Assembly: GCA_964016885.1 (NCBI GenBank)
Contig: OZ024740.1
Location: forward strand, 160,828,001 to 160,892,000
Length of the DNA: 64,000 bases
Reading direction: 5' to 3'
DNA from: Eledone cirrhosa
Lineage: Eukaryota
The first letter of the stretch is position 1; every line of letters begins with the position of its first letter. The translations under genes and the position numbers were made by a program. Positions 12,447 through 26,074 of this stretch are shown piece by piece. The notes under the pieces are model-generated. The model saw only the letters and a program-made list of their open reading frames with translations. It had not been told where the DNA came from and ran no database searches.

Positions 12447-12789
12447 TACATGAATTTATGTATGACATACCTCAACGGTCTTGAAAGTTCAATTCCAGTA
12501 TTGGCAGTGATTTATTACAACAAATCTCAACAGTTATATACCACAAATAATAACATGATAAACTTAAATTTAAAGAAGAGGATGTGGAGCGAGATATGGG
12601 TATATGGTTATATGTATTATTATTATTTGTCTTAATGGTACATTTATACACTAGATTCTTGTCAGGGGCATTCAGATTTCCTTCTACAGTTACAATTCAT
12701 TTCGATGTTATTTCTATAACCTAAACTATTTGTTACCAGTAATGCACTGGGTAATTGCTGGCCTTGTGCCAAAAGTAGAAACAATTATT

Positions 12790-13990
12790 ACTATTATTTA
12801 GAGGTGTTCTACTATTATTCGTATTTAAACTATTATTATTGTTATTCCAATTAACTAATGTATTATTATTATTATTGTTATTATCGCTAATTATATGCTG
12901 ATTCAAATTAAGATTTTTACTATCTTTTTTTGGTCTATTTTGAGCAATATTCATAGTTGTTGAATAAGAGAGTTTAACTGTTTGTCTATTGAAGATAGAG
13001 TAATACTTATGTAATCTAGGGAAGGATTTATCCAAGGCTTTAAAAAATAAATGTGCTTAAGGTGTTTTAATAGCTAAAGATGCTGGCGGAGCATACTAAA
13101 TTATAGATCAAGTCCTTATTTTTTTCCCCGATTTATTCCTCAAGTTTTTGTTTTTACAGTCAATTCCATTATTATGAATACTGCGATTATAATTAATATT
13201 ATTTTTTACCCCATACTCAATATTATTTTTATATCCTGCTTTATGTAACGCTTCATTATAATATACAGCTTTGCTATTAAATATGGATCTATTAGCAGAT
13301 AGTCTGTATATTCGTTGTTGGACTATTGCATTTTTAACACTTTTAGGATGATTAGATTAAAAACTAACATAATTTAAGTTTTCATTGAGTTTATGGAAGG
13401 GGTAATAGAAGCCTGAGTTCAAATTAAGAGTTACAGCTAAAAAATTAACTATTTTATTGTTATTTTCTACTTCTAATTTCAGGTCATAATTTTTAAAGAA
13501 TTCTACAATTACTTTCTTTACTCTATTTAATTCGCTATTATTATGTCTATCTACAGTAAATAATATGTCGTCTCTATATAAACCACCGGTAATCTCCAGC
13601 AGTTTTCTATTTATCATATTAAGGATGAAAATTCCCACAAGATCGGTAACTTGCGCCGAATAAGACGAGCCCATAGTAATGTCAAAGTTCTTCTGTCTAT
13701 CAGATCTAGTCCAAAAATCATTATTAAAATCAATCAAGGTTCGCCTTGCCGTTAAAATGATATTTATCTCGTCACTAGATAGGTCCGTGTGTTTATATGC
13801 ATATGAAAGCGTCTTATTTAGTAGGTTAGGAGTTATTGAGGAATAATAATAAATAATGTCCATTTGAATGAATTTATGATTTTTCTTATTTTCGATATTA
13901 TTGAACCAATCTATGACTTCACTAGTGCCCCTCCATAAGTTAAGGCTTTACCTCAATTTTAACGTTGGCAAAATCCTATCTATTATGTTT
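12790..13990 (-). mobile_element. Penelope-like element remnant (RT and linker)
   Basis: ORF 13357-13863: FDITMGSSYSAQVTDLVG...GLYRDD...NFLAVTLNL..G.Y.PFHK. ORF 12733-13035: FPRLHKYYSIFNRQTVKLSYS. These are Penelope/Poseidon RT signatures. Confidence 0.9.
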
Positions 13991-14012
13991 TTATTATTAT
14001 TCTGAATAATAA

Positions 14013-14199
14013 GGCGGTGGATTGGCAGTATCGGTAGATGGTCTGAAGCCATGCTTTATAGCAAAGAGTTACGGTCCTTTATGGTCTGAGTTCAAATCCC
14101 GCCGATGTTAACTTTGCCTTTCATCCTTACGGGGTCGATAAAATAAAGTACCAGTAATGTATTGGGATAGTTGCTGGCCTTGTGCCAAAAGTAGAAACA
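14013..14199 (+). mobile_element. SINE family A, full length (~187 bp) with 20-bp TSD
   Basis: A-box-like tggcagtatcggtag and B-box gagttcaaatcc. TSD attattattctgaataataa at 13993-14012 and 14200-14219. Confidence 0.9.
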
Positions 14200-14307
14200 A
14201 TTATTATTCTGAATAATAATAACTCCAGAAAACTTCTTTGTAGAGTGCTTTTAATCTATTGTAAAACTAAATTCATTGAGTAATCAATGAACCATATTAA
14301 TCTTTGG

Positions 14308-14350
<43 letters not shown>

Positions 14351-14779
14351 TGTGTGTGTGTGTTGGTATATATCAAAAGGCAATGAATTGGCTGCATCAA
14401 ATTAAAAATGCCTCAGTATTTATTATGTCTCTGAGATCAAATCCCATTGAGTTCAATTTTTCCTTTCATCCTTTCAAGGTTGATAAATAAAGTACCAATC
14501 CTGTAAAGAGGTTTATACTTCCACCTCCTCTGTCACATTAACATGTACATGCCTTTCAGTTAGTGCAGTTAACTCATTAATACGCACACTCATCCCAGTA
14601 AGTGCAGTTACAGTAATATGAGGATAATAATTATTGTATCTAATTTAGGCTCAAGACTTGCAATTTGATTGGAATGAAAAGTGAATTAAATTGACACAAT
14701 ATTTGACTGGTACTTTATTTTATATATCCCAGAAGGACAGAAGACAAAGTTGACCACAGTGGGGTGTTTTTCTTTTTCT

Positions 14780-15600
14780 TGAAAGTCCCAAACAAGGCAT
14801 GAAGCTACTTAGTGTAAGGAACTATGAAGAAGGAAAAATTAAGGCAAAAGGAATTAATTTACTTCAGACTTGAAAGACTTCGGGTAATAAAAAGTAAGAA
14901 AACAATGAGACAGAAGAGAGTCCCAAAGTCTGGCAGTTCGAGGAAAAAAGCTGCAACTGTAGAAAGACTTCCTTCTTCATGGAACCACAACAGCATACAG
15001 ATGAAGATACTGTGAGTTTCAAGTTAGGGGAGATGGGTCAATGAGATCTGGAACCGAATGCGAAAGTTCATCAGAGTACTTCCTGTGTTAATAACAATAG
15101 AAAAGACTAAGACTTACAACGTCATGTTCATGTGACAAGGGTCCCAGAGCTGAAGCAAGAGAGGGACCAATCAAATTAGAGACTCCCTTCTGAACCTGAT
15201 CGAGGAGATCTATGTGTCAAGATGGTGCACCTGCCCAAATATGACAACAGTATTCCATACAAAGACGAATTGCAGACATGTAAAGATACAAAATGGTCTC
15301 AGATGTGGGGTAGTCATTGACCTATGCAATGACCCAACCTTACAGGAAACAGACATACCAATTGATTGCATGTAAGAACCCTAAGAAAGACCAGATGAGA
15401 AAGTAAGACCAAGCAATTTCAAAGAAGGTCCTTCCTCATGTGGTTTGACTGTCTCACCATGTGATACCTAAGATGCATAACTCATGTCAATGGGAGGAAG
15501 ATAAGGATCCCATCTCTTACCGAAAGACGTGTCTGGCTTTTGAATACAGAGTGTAAAGAGATGGAAAAATACCATGAGCCATTTTGTCTTATGCTCCTAT
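14780..15600 (-). pseudogene. CR1-type (Zenon-like) LINE 3' fragment
   Basis: Minus-strand peptides LYMSAIRLCMEYCCHIWAGAP, LLDQVQK..LIG..L.PLS and FLPRTARLWDSL...SFKSEVN. Confidence 0.8.
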
Positions 15601-15659
15601 GATTCTGCCACTCCACCAACTTACAGTAGTAGTAGTAGTAGTAGTGATAATAATAATAA

Positions 15660-15930
15660 TTGTATCCAGTCCTAAATAAATGAAGTCGTGTAGGTGTCAT
15701 GACAAAAAAAACACACAGTCCACACTGTAATGTGGCCATGTAGGTAACATGGTAAAAACCGCCCAGTCCACACTGTAAATGTGTTGGTGTTAGGAAGGGC
15801 ATCCAGCCGTAGAAAACCTACCAGACAGTCCTATACGAGCAAGACAACCAATCTTGCCTCAAGTGGGACAATTCCCGTCTAAACCCATGCTAGCGTGGAA
15901 GATAGACGTTAAACGATGATGATGATGATG
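15660..15930 (+). mobile_element. RTE 3' UTR and terminus with (GAT)n tail
   Basis: ggtgttaggaagggcatccagccgtagaaa...acccatgctagcgtggaagatagacgttaaacgatgatgat. Confidence 0.85.
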
Positions 15931-16800
15931 TTTCTACTTTTTGGCACAAGGCCAGCAATTACCCAGTGCATTACTGGTACTTTATTTTATTGACCTCGTA
16001 AGGATGAAAGGCAAAGTTAACTTTGGCGGGATAATAATAACTGTTTCTACTTTAGGCACAAGGCCAGCAACTTGAAGGAGAGAGGAAAGTCAATTAAATC
16101 AATCTCAGTGCATTACTGGTGCTTTATTTTATTGACCCTGTAAGGATGAAAGGCAAAGCTAGCCTCAGCAGGATTTGAACTCAGAACATAAAGGGCTGTA
16201 ACTTTATGCTGCAAAGCAGGGTGTCAGGTGCTCTACTAATACTGCTAATCCACCACCTTTAACATATAATAATAATTGTTTCTACTTTTGGCGCACGGCC
16301 AGCAATTACATCAGTGTATTACTGATACTTTATTTTATCGACCCCGTAAGGATGAAAGGAAAAGTTAACCTCGGTGGGATTTGAACTCAAAATGGCAAGG
16401 GCCGTAACTCTATGTGTCAAAGCATGGTGTCCGACCCTCTACTGATACTGCAATCCTGCCGAGGTTAACTTTGCCTTTCATCCTGTCGGGGTCGATAAAA
16501 TAAAGTACCATTAATGCACTGGGCAATTGCTGGCCTTGTGCCAAAAGTAGAAACAATTATTATATTAACATATAATAATAATGATTTCTAACTTAGACAC
16601 AAGGCCAACAATTTGTAGAAAGTGGAAAGTTGACTATATCAACTTAATACTTGATTTGTACTTTATTTTACGAACCACAGAGAAAGGAAAGGCAAAGTTG
16701 ACCTTTGTAGGATTTGAACTCAGAATATAAAGAGCTGAAACAAATGCAGTAAAGCATTTTGTCAAATGCTCTACCAATACTGTCAATCAACCACCCTAAT
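15931..16800 (-). mobile_element. Cluster of five SINE A copies or variants separated by AAT-rich spacers
   Basis: Copies at ~15931-16031(-), 16041-16258(-), 16277-16456(-), 16457-16556(+) and 16583-16797(-). Confidence 0.9.
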
Positions 16801-17110
16801 AATAGTTTCTTTATTAGCCATACAGTGTGATCTTCACAATTGACTCAGCTGATAGCTGGATTCATCTCACATGTGATCATAAATGTTCGGCATATACCCA
16901 CAAGTCGGCAATGTTCAAACACTCGATATGTGAAAGTAGCATGGTTTCATCCCCCCTGTGGGCATTTTGAATAGGCCTAACTGACTGCACTTCCATGCCT
17001 ATGGAGTTTATCTTAGACTCACAATGCTCCCTGGTAGTACTGACAAGCGAGGGAATTCTGGAAGTTAATCGTGAGCCTTGGACCAAAAGTCCACTGGAAA
17101 ATAGTGACTA
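16798..17110 (-). pseudogene. Decayed Tx1-clade 3' fragment
   Basis: ORF 16877-17086 (GDETMLLSHIECLNIADLWVYAEHL) matches Tx1 ORF2. tttctttattagcca at ~16806 resembles the Tx1 3' end. Confidence 0.75.
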
Positions 17111-19029
17111 GTTGATTTTTGTTGACCCCCCCCCCCCCCCTCCAATCCTGGGTCATGAGTTGATTGAATTAACTATCCTACTGAGATATTAGCTGTGAAG
17201 ATTGAAAACTGTATTCTCAACACATCAGATATTGGATAGTGAGCTACTAAAATGATAACCATCTCTGAGAATACTGGAATACATACATATTTAAAGTCCA
17301 ACTACTAGAGTATGCAAAAGGAATTTGTCAATGAAAGAAATCAATACAGCAACACTAAATAAAATGAATCAATTATAACAGAAGTTGATGAAATTACTTC
17401 AGACATGTTTAACACTGAACTGGCATTGATTTCAACATTTATGGTTTTAAATTCAAATTGGAAACTGGGATCAAATTACTCTTAGGTTTGGTTTCTTAAT
17501 AAAACTGACATTGTAAATAGAAAGGAATAAATAGTCTAAACATTCATTATAGGCAATTCAAACTTAAATTAATTTATTTTCGCACTAGCAGGATAGTTTT
17601 AAGCTAGTGTGTGTATGTGTGTGCATTATCATTATCACCATCACCTTTTTGCGTCCATATGTTTTGTAATGTTTCTATCAATGTATACAAATGCATTAAA
17701 TGAGACAACTACATTTTATACATGCTAAGGATACAAATACACACACGCATATTAGACCTTGCAATTTATTTAATACATATATTCCCTGCAGAGTGGTAAC
17801 ATCCCCACCCCCAACTTAATTGGGCAAAGATGGGATATGAACCTGTAATAGGCAGAAGTATGGTTGCAACAACCCATCACCTTGCAACACTTTTCATGAG
17901 ATTCAAATAGAACAGTTTTTTTAAAAATCAACATTTAAATAATCCATAGCTTCTGTTTAGGCGTGCCAATGTAGTGACTCATGGTTTTCTCTAGTCTATC
18001 CGCCAGGATCATGAGGTGGCTGATGCATGGGCTACAATTTGCAGTGAGAGATGGGGAGAGCAAGAGAGACAGAAGGACACTGGGTAGAGGGAAATTGTTT
18101 GGAAGCCTATGGTAAGGGCTGTACTTGCAATTCAAATGACCAGCCTTGTGATACTCTGTGTCACATTGAACCACCAGTATATTTATAGTTCTTCTTCTTC
18201 TTCTCCCACTTATTTCTGTGAGGGTTGTGGGGACAGAGTCCTCAAACACTCCTTCAACACATGATTTCATATTAAAAAAAAAACCTTGCAAAACAAATAC
18301 ATCACTGTATGTTCGAAATGTTTGCAAACTTATAAATCTCTCCACATTCTTCTTTATTTTCAAAATGATTTGAAAACCATAAGCAGGTCTTTCGTTCAAA
18401 TTACAGTGATAAAAGGGTTAAACAAGTGATAATGAAGTGACATAGTAGAATTTAATCTTTAGCCTTGTTACCTCATTCACTAAGTTCCAGAGTAACTGAT
18501 AATGTGAGGTTATCAAACATTTATCTATAAATCACTGGTCACCTAACTGTTCAAAATAGAAATCTGTTTCCAATGATTATCAATTAATAATTTAGTTGGG
18601 TATATTGTATAGACTATATTATCTTATGTCTCCTGTTTGTTTGTTTTTTTAGTAGGATGCAAATTAGGCAAAATTTAGCTGCAATTTGCAGAAGGTCATA
18701 AGACTTGATAGAAATTCTAGTAGAGTTTCTCGTGTTGGTTCAAGTTGAGAGAATTGTCAATAGTAGTGTTAGTTTTCTGTGTTGAAACAAGTGTTAGCGA
18801 CACAATGTTAGTATGCAACCTAGTGATTAGTGTATTGGGGTCATTATAATGTTGTAGTTTCAATTCTTGGACCAGGCTGTGTTGTCTTTTTCAACATTTT
18901 ATTTCATGTTGCTCCTTCTGCCAGGAATTATGACCAGTGGATAATGTCAGCAATGCAAAGACCAATGGAAGCATTGTTGCCTTGGGCAGATCTGACTACT
19001 TGTTTCTTTTTCTCTTTTTTTTTTTTAAA

Positions 19030-19280
19030 CACTGACTTTACTGACTCTTTAATTAAAAACACTCTTTTACAATTAATTAAGGGAAAGTTTGAAATTTTTA
19101 CTAAAATCATTAACTAGTTATCTTATTATTAAGGTAATATTTGTAACATAACTTAATATATAATTTTTATATTCAATCATGTTGGAGGATTTTGATTTAG
19201 TTAGGAACCCTTTAAAATAGATGATTTTGTCTGAGGGGAAACAGAGGCAGCTTTAGTGGGGTTGATATTTAAAAGGTTAA
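19030..19280. mobile_element. Decayed TTAA MITE
   Basis: Similar to 3680-3920. Ends tttaaaagg-ttaa. Confidence 0.45.
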
Positions 19281-20351
19281 TGAAGTAACATAATAGTATA
19301 TTACTTCATCCCAACAATCTCTGAGTATAACAATGTTGAGAGGCTATCAGTAAATTGTCAATGAACCACCCATACAACAGAGACCACCAACGAACTAACA
19401 AGCCAGCCAGCTGACTAGACCACAAACCTCTTTCCAGTGATTGTCAATTATTAATTTAGCTAGGTTAGACTGTTTCTCACTTTGAAGTGTGAATATTTCA
19501 CTCTGCTCCAATCCAATCTGGTTTGTCTTTCACTCTAATGATATATTGGTGGCGCCACTAATTTCTTATTGAGTTTAAGCAGCATTTATACGTGCTTGTT
19601 GCGGAGTTACTATGGCATTGCAGATTATGTGTCAGGAAAGAGAATGGCTAAATTAACACGCTAGCATTGGTGGTGTTAGATATAATTGGATACATTTGGA
19701 ATAATATAATGGAAAATGGCAATGTTAATAACTTTTACAGAACAACAATGAGTAAATATTGTATAATTACATTTAAAAGTGTTAAGAAGTTATATTAAAG
19801 TTAATATTATTATAGCTTTCTTTCTATCTTTCTTCTTTCTTCCTTTCTTTGGTAATTTATATTTCATTTTGTTACATACAGACAACCTATATGAAGATCA
19901 CTTGACTGATTGCTATGAAGTCAATCACCAAAACATCCCAATCTCTCTGCCTTTTCTTTCACTACTCCTATAGCCCCTGTTTCTTGGGCCTAGCAGGACT
20001 CTCACTACTTCTGGTAGAGTATTATTGACTCATCTTTTCTCTTTTCATCACTCGTATGGTGTTTAGCAGAATATAGACCTTCTAGAATTCCATCCCTGCA
20101 CACCTTTTTCATACAGCCATTGACTTGCAACTGTTCGAGAGAAATGTTAATTCTTAACATCCTGTACCACATAAAACCTTATTAGCAAGTGCTGGCATTC
20201 ATTACCTCCTCCATCATCCCCAGCCATGTCTTTTTTTTATCTTCCCTTCTTTCATTTCTTTCCACATTCATTTCCATCAATTTTCTTACCCAGTCATTTT
20301 CTTCTTTAACATATGACATAACTACTGTTATCATGCAACTGCCAATTCATT

Positions 20352-22080
20352 GTCATCATCGTTTTTACGTCCATTTTTCTACACTTGCATGGGCTGGATG
20401 TGACCTTCTCAGCAGAGCATCTCTAAACTCACTGCATTTCTTTGGCATCTTGTTGAGACTTAACAAATTAAAGTCAGCTCTCACCAACTCTGCCCAGATT
20501 TTTCTTGGTCTACCTCTACTGCAAATTCCTTCCACTAGTATTTCCTGGAACTTCATCCATCGGTCATGATCCACACACATCACATGCCCATACCAAAGCA
20601 GACTTCTCTCCAGCACATCACGTCGGATTCCTCTTGAACCCAGTTTCTCCTTCAGTTCATTCAAGCTCTGCTTTTCTCTCATGTTAACATTGCACATCCA
20701 ATGAAGCATGGCTGCTTCATTTGTCTCCAGTTTATGCATGTCCTACAGTCACTGCCCATATTTCACTACCATCCAGAATTACACTTTGCTCTTAAGCATG
20801 ATGCAGTTATCCTTTTGTATATATGGAGAAATCTTTTGCTGTCAACAGTGAGAGTAGTTCTCTAAACTTCTTCTATCCTATCCTTATTCTAACTATTATG
20901 CTCACGCAGCACTCTCCTCCACTGCTGATTATGTCACCTAGATAACAGAAGCTGTCAACCACTTCTATGGTCCATTCCTGAAACCTGGAAGGTTTATATC
21001 ACTGGCACACTTTCCCTCAATTGCTCCTGTGCATCTTCTACATACAAAGTCTTCCTTTCCTGTTTGTCTACCAATTATCCTGCTACATATCTTGTGAACC
21101 CAAGATTTACATTGTGCACAAAGCATAAAGTTTATGCCTATTCTTTTTATACATATTGAGCCAGGCCACTTCCCTGCAGGGATCAGGATCCTATCTTCTT
21201 TCCTACTCACTAGCACTTTAGCTTTGGCTAAGTTTACCCACAGAATCTTTGATTCCAAATTCCGTTTCATAGACAAAACTGAATTTAGCTATAAAGACCA
21301 AATCATCTACATAAAGAAGTTCCCACGGACAGCCTGTTTTAAACTCCTATGTTATGGCCTGGAGGACTATAATGAACAGCAGTGGGCTAAGAACTGAACC
21401 TTGATGAACTTCTACCTGGACCTATATTTGCTAAACTCATTTCCTATTTTCAGTATAGTGACAGCCTCTCTGTACATTGCCTGTACTGCTTTCATAAGCC
21501 ACTCTTCTACACCTAATTTCCTTAAGGACTACCAGATAATAGATGAAGGTACTCAGTCAAAGGCCTTATCTAGATCAATAAAAACTAAATATAGTGGCTT
21601 ATTCTTGGCTAGAAACTTCTCTTGAAGTTGCCACACAAAGAAGAGAGCATCTATAGTACTTTTCCCAAGAATAAAACCAAACTGCATCTTGTCTAATTTG
21701 ACCCTTTCCCTAATTGGCTGCATTAGTGTTACTCCTCTTTAGTTCTATTAGTTAGTGTTATTCCTCTTTAGTTGCTTCTTTCTAGAGCAATTTATGATTG
21801 TAATGTTGCACCAGTCATTGTATATGACTCCGTTCTGCATTACCTAATTAAATGTGCAGGTTACTAGTTTAACTCCTACTTTAGTTAGTTTCTCTTAGGG
21901 TTAGTTTCTCTTCTTCTAATTCATTCTATATATTCATCAATTTCTCATAGTAACATATCCAGGCCTCTTTCTTTTTTCAGCCTCTATCCAAGCTATGTAA
22001 ACCTGTCATTCAGCTTTTCTCTTTGCTACCTGGTACTGGTCTCTGCTACCCCTATTTTTCTAGTCTTTCCATGTCTGTTT
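20352..22080 (-). pseudogene. RTE LINE fragment (RT with PHD-like insert and 3' end)
   Basis: MQFGFI...QEKFLAKNKPLY..FIDL.KAFD, VHQGSVLSPLL, KWPGSIC...CAQCKSWVHKIC...FVCRRC, LETNEAAMLHWMC...WYGHV...GRPRK. Confidence 0.9.
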
Positions 22081-22085
22081 CTTCA

Positions 22086-22131
<46 letters not shown>

Positions 22132-22239
22132 AATATATGTGTAAATGAAGTAATTCCATCGGAAAAGTCCAGGAAAAATGAGTGCTCTATGTAGGTAACA
22201 GAGCTTAATAGTTATGTAATAAACAACATAAGGCAATTA

Positions 22240-22300
22240 TTCCATTTACCAGTGGTTTCTTAAAAGCAAAAAATTTTGCTTTCAATCCTCAGAATGAAAA
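22240..22300 (-). ncRNA. Minimal type I hammerhead ribozyme in inverted pLTR
   Basis: Minus strand reads tttcatt-CTGAGGA-ttgaaagcaaa...tttgcttttaa-GAAA-ccactg-GTA-aatggaa: 7-bp stem I, 11-bp stem II, GUA cleavage triplet. Confidence 0.85.
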
Positions 22301-22999
22301 AAATCCTCGTCTGTTTATTGAATTTGGATTTTAAAAACAAAAATGCAATCTATATGAAAGTGAGGCTGGAGAAAGAAGAAGGAAAGGAAAAATAATGCAG
22401 GGTAAATGTAACACCAAATCTGTTGTTTATGAGGCTAAAATAACACCGGTAATCAACAACCAGCCAGCCAGGAGTGAGCGATATGTCGGTATGACCTAGG
22501 ACAGGTTTAAAACCAGATTTTACTCACATGTCGCTTCTTTTAAGCACTCCGATAAACGAGCATCAACGGCCCTCGCAAGTAAGGTGTGGGAATTCAAGGA
22601 TAGTAACATCCCGTACTCTATCGATTGGTCTATCTTAGACCATTCGAGGGAGTACCAAAGGGGCACAAGAATTGTTCTTTGTGTACCACAGAAAAATATA
22701 GGATTTTGCTAAACTTGAGAGCCACTTCTGCTTGCCTTAACTCAAAGATTGAGATCTTCAAATGCTGTCCTCATCTGAAATCACATCTGATCTGTAACTG
22801 GATTGACACTCCTATGATAAATCAACCCCTTGAACTCCTTTCCTGCTCTTTACTTCTGCTACGATTTTTTTTATTTTGCTGAATCCACGTTCTGTACTCT
22901 TGAATTTTTTTTCTCCATTATCTCACCTTATATTTCACCTTTTCCTATGTCTTCTCCCCCCCCCCATATATTATTTTTGCCTTACCCTTCACATACCAA

Positions 23000-23377
23000 T
23001 ATGTATGTGTATGTATGTGTATGTGTATGTATATGTATATATATGTGTATATATATATGTATATGTAGATAGACCAGGTTTTTTTCAGTTTGAGGATCAA
23101 AGGCAACATTTTTTTGCTTTTAAGAAACCACTGGTGAATGGAATAATTACCTTATGTTGCTTATTACATTACTACTATATATATGTATATGTAAGGTTCA
23201 TATGAATTATGTAAGATTGAGTTTAAAACACACACACATATATATGTGTATGTAGATATATATATATGTATGTGTGAGTGTGTGTGTTTGTATTTGGTTG
23301 TACGTATTGTATGTGTATAATTGTATAGCTATGTATGCATGTGTGTGTGTATGTATACATATATATGTGTGTGTGTG

Positions 23378-23448
<71 letters not shown>

Positions 23449-23464
23449 TATGTGTGTGTGTGTG

Positions 23465-23527
<63 letters not shown>

Positions 23528-23958
23528 ATGTGTGTGTGTATAATTGTATACGTGTGTGTGTGTGCGTGTTTGTGTATGTATTTGTGTATGTGTATGTATG
23601 TGTTTATGTATTTGTATATGTATATTTATGTGTGAGAGTGTGTGTATGTATTTACTTTTTCGTATGAATGTGTACGTGCATTTGTGTGTATTGCTTACCA
23701 CGCGTGTCTGTTCATCTCCCCACCGTTTGTATCGCTGTCAACTGTATAATAATCTTTATTATTATTTTATTTTTTTATATATATTTTTTCTTATATTTAT
23801 TTGCGTGTGTGAATATGTAGAGGTGTGTATATTTTTCTAATTTTGTACATGTATATGTACGCATTTATGTATGTGTATGTATGTACGTGTGTATATAGGT
23901 ATGATTGTGTGCATGTATGTATGTATATGTATGTGTGTATGGCTATGTATGTGTATGC

Positions 23959-24010
<52 letters not shown>

Positions 24011-24190
24011 TTCTGTATATATATGTGTGTATATATGTGTGTGTGTGGTTGTATATATGTATGTGTATGTATGGATGTGTTGATATTTATGTGCGTAAGT
24101 ATGTATGTATATATGTATGTGTATGTGTGTATTTATATACACATATATATGTGTATATGTGTGTGTGTGTGTATGAGTGTATGTATATAT
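23000..24190. repeat. Compound (TA)n/(TG)n/(TATG)n microsatellite field
   Basis: Seen directly. It generates the spurious YI/CV-rich ORFs. Confidence 0.95.
23079..23146 (+). ncRNA. Degenerate hammerhead copy in a partial pLTR
   Basis: tTGAGGA...ttttgcttttaa-GAAA-ccactg-GTG-aatggaa. Core C and cleavage triplet are mutated. Confidence 0.6.
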
Positions 24191-24660
24191 CATCATCATC
24201 ATCATCATCATCGTTTACCGTCCATGTTCCACGCTTGCATGGGTTTGGACGGGAGTTTTCCCACTTGAGGCAAAAGTGGTTGTCATTGCTCGCATAGGAC
24301 TGTCTGGCGGGTTTTCTACAGCTGGATGCCCTTCCTAACACCAACCACATTTACAGTGTGGGGCTGGGAGGTTTTTACCGTGTTACCTACACTGCCACAT
24401 TACAGCGTGGACTGTGTGTTTTTTTTGTCGTGACACCTACACGATCTCATTTGTTTCGGCCTGGATGTTGTGGCACCAACATAACTTTACATTGAAAGGG
24501 GCGGTGTGGATGGGGTGGGGGTGGTGGGACGGGGGTGTATTTTGTTAGAGATGCCTACTGACTGTAGTAGGTTTTACTTTGTATTTAGGTAAGGCGGGTC
24601 TTCTCTATTACTGAGTACCGCCAAAGGTCTCGGTCCAGTGACATTGTCTTGGAGAGGTGT
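24191..24660 (-). mobile_element. 5'-truncated RTE LINE 3' end nested in the Penelope remnant
   Basis: Highly similar to 2324-2800, with a (cat)n reversed tail. Confidence 0.9.
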
Positions 24661-24823
24661 AATATATATATATGTGTGTGTGTGTATGTATGCTTTTGTG
24701 TGTGTGTGTGTTTGCATGTGCGGTTTTATTTTATTTTTCCTTTCTTTCTTCTTTCTCCAGCCTCACTTTCATATAGATTGCATTTTTGTTTTTAAAATCC
24801 AAATTCAATAAACAGACGAGGAC

Positions 24824-24885
24824 TTTTTCATACTGAGGATTGAAAGTAAATTGTTTTGCTTTTAAGAAACCACTGGTAAATGGAA
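24824..24885 (+). ncRNA. Minimal type I hammerhead ribozyme in direct pLTR
   Basis: tttttcata-CTGAGGA(24833)-ttgaaagtaaa..tttgcttttaa-GAAA-ccactg-GTA-aatggaa. One mismatch at the base of stem I. Confidence 0.82.
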
Positions 24886-24910
24886 TAATTGCCTTATGTT
24901 GTTTATTACA

Positions 24911-24988
<78 letters not shown>

Positions 24989-26074
24989 ATACTTATCATC
25001 ATCATCATCTTCGTTTAACGTCCATTTTCCACGCTAGCATGGGTTAGATATATATAACTTGAAAGTTTCCTTGACAACATAAGTACATGTAGAAACTTAG
25101 ATAACGACTGTTTGCTTAAGTATTGCTCTCGTTAATTACATTATTTCCTTGTATTTTTTTCTTTTTACAAATGTATATTTATCAAACAGAAGCTCTCTCA
25201 CACCCACTCCACATTTACCTCCTTTCACTTTTCCTTTTCCTTCTTACACTTTCCTTTTCTCTTACCATCCGTGTATCTCAACAATTATATATCTAGATAT
25301 TAATCTAAATGTCTTTGTGTATATATGTGAGTATGTGAGGAAGAAAATAAATAAAAAGAATTATGTGCATAGTAATATTTGTGCATATTAATGCAACTTT
25401 TAAATATTTTTGTTTGTGTTTGTATATTTAGGTGTATGTGAGTATTCAAATGAGAATTTTGGAAAAAACTAAGGAAAAATTACTAATAAAACTGCGTAAT
25501 TTTCTTTTATAGATGGCAAAGGTCATCATAGTTACTATTATATTTTATATAATCATCATCAATATCATTTTCAGTGAAACAAATTATTATCATCATCATC
25601 ACCATCAAATCTGTTCATGTCACTAGGAACACAAATAATAGCAACTTTGAAACTACTAATTTATCTTCATTTTCTTACATTTGTTTGTATACTCATGGTG
25701 ATTTGTTTCTATATAACATCAGTTTTCAAAACATTTTATTACCTTTTTCCTTTGCATAGATCTGTTGCAGATATATAGACAGGACTCAGATGCATAGTAT
25801 CAGTAGTAATTACTGAGAGTGTCGGTGATGGTATTTCCCAAGAGTAGACCCCAATTATGACACCACTGTCAATATCTTTTAAAAAATCATAAAATTACAG
25901 AATACACATTTCTATACATTGTGTTAGGTAAAGTCATGTGTGTGACAGGGAGTTATCTAATATACCTAACATTGAAAACAGCCTTTAGCATTCAGTAAGT
26001 TTTATGATATTTGATGATACTCCTATGTTCATGTATATTATCAGATACACATAACTTGACTATCCACATCAGTG

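Larger units (their letters stand above)
22208..24918 (+). mobile_element. Penelope-like element remnant: inverted pLTR, GIY-YIG endonuclease, microsatellite-rich 3' region, direct pLTR
   Basis: 22208-22396 is the reverse complement of ~24731-24918. 22400-22810 encodes GKCNTKSVVYEAKI...YVGMT*DRFKTRF..H..SF...WSIL...CSLCTTEK...LNSKIEIFKCCPH (frameshifted GIY-YIG). Confidence 0.88.

Noticed and set aside
23274-24350. Many long ORFs rich in YI, CV and HT
   Set aside because: They are translations of TA/TG microsatellites.
25745-25870. Splice-acceptor-like tttcctttgcatag
   Set aside because: Early stops in all three frames and no supporting partner exons.
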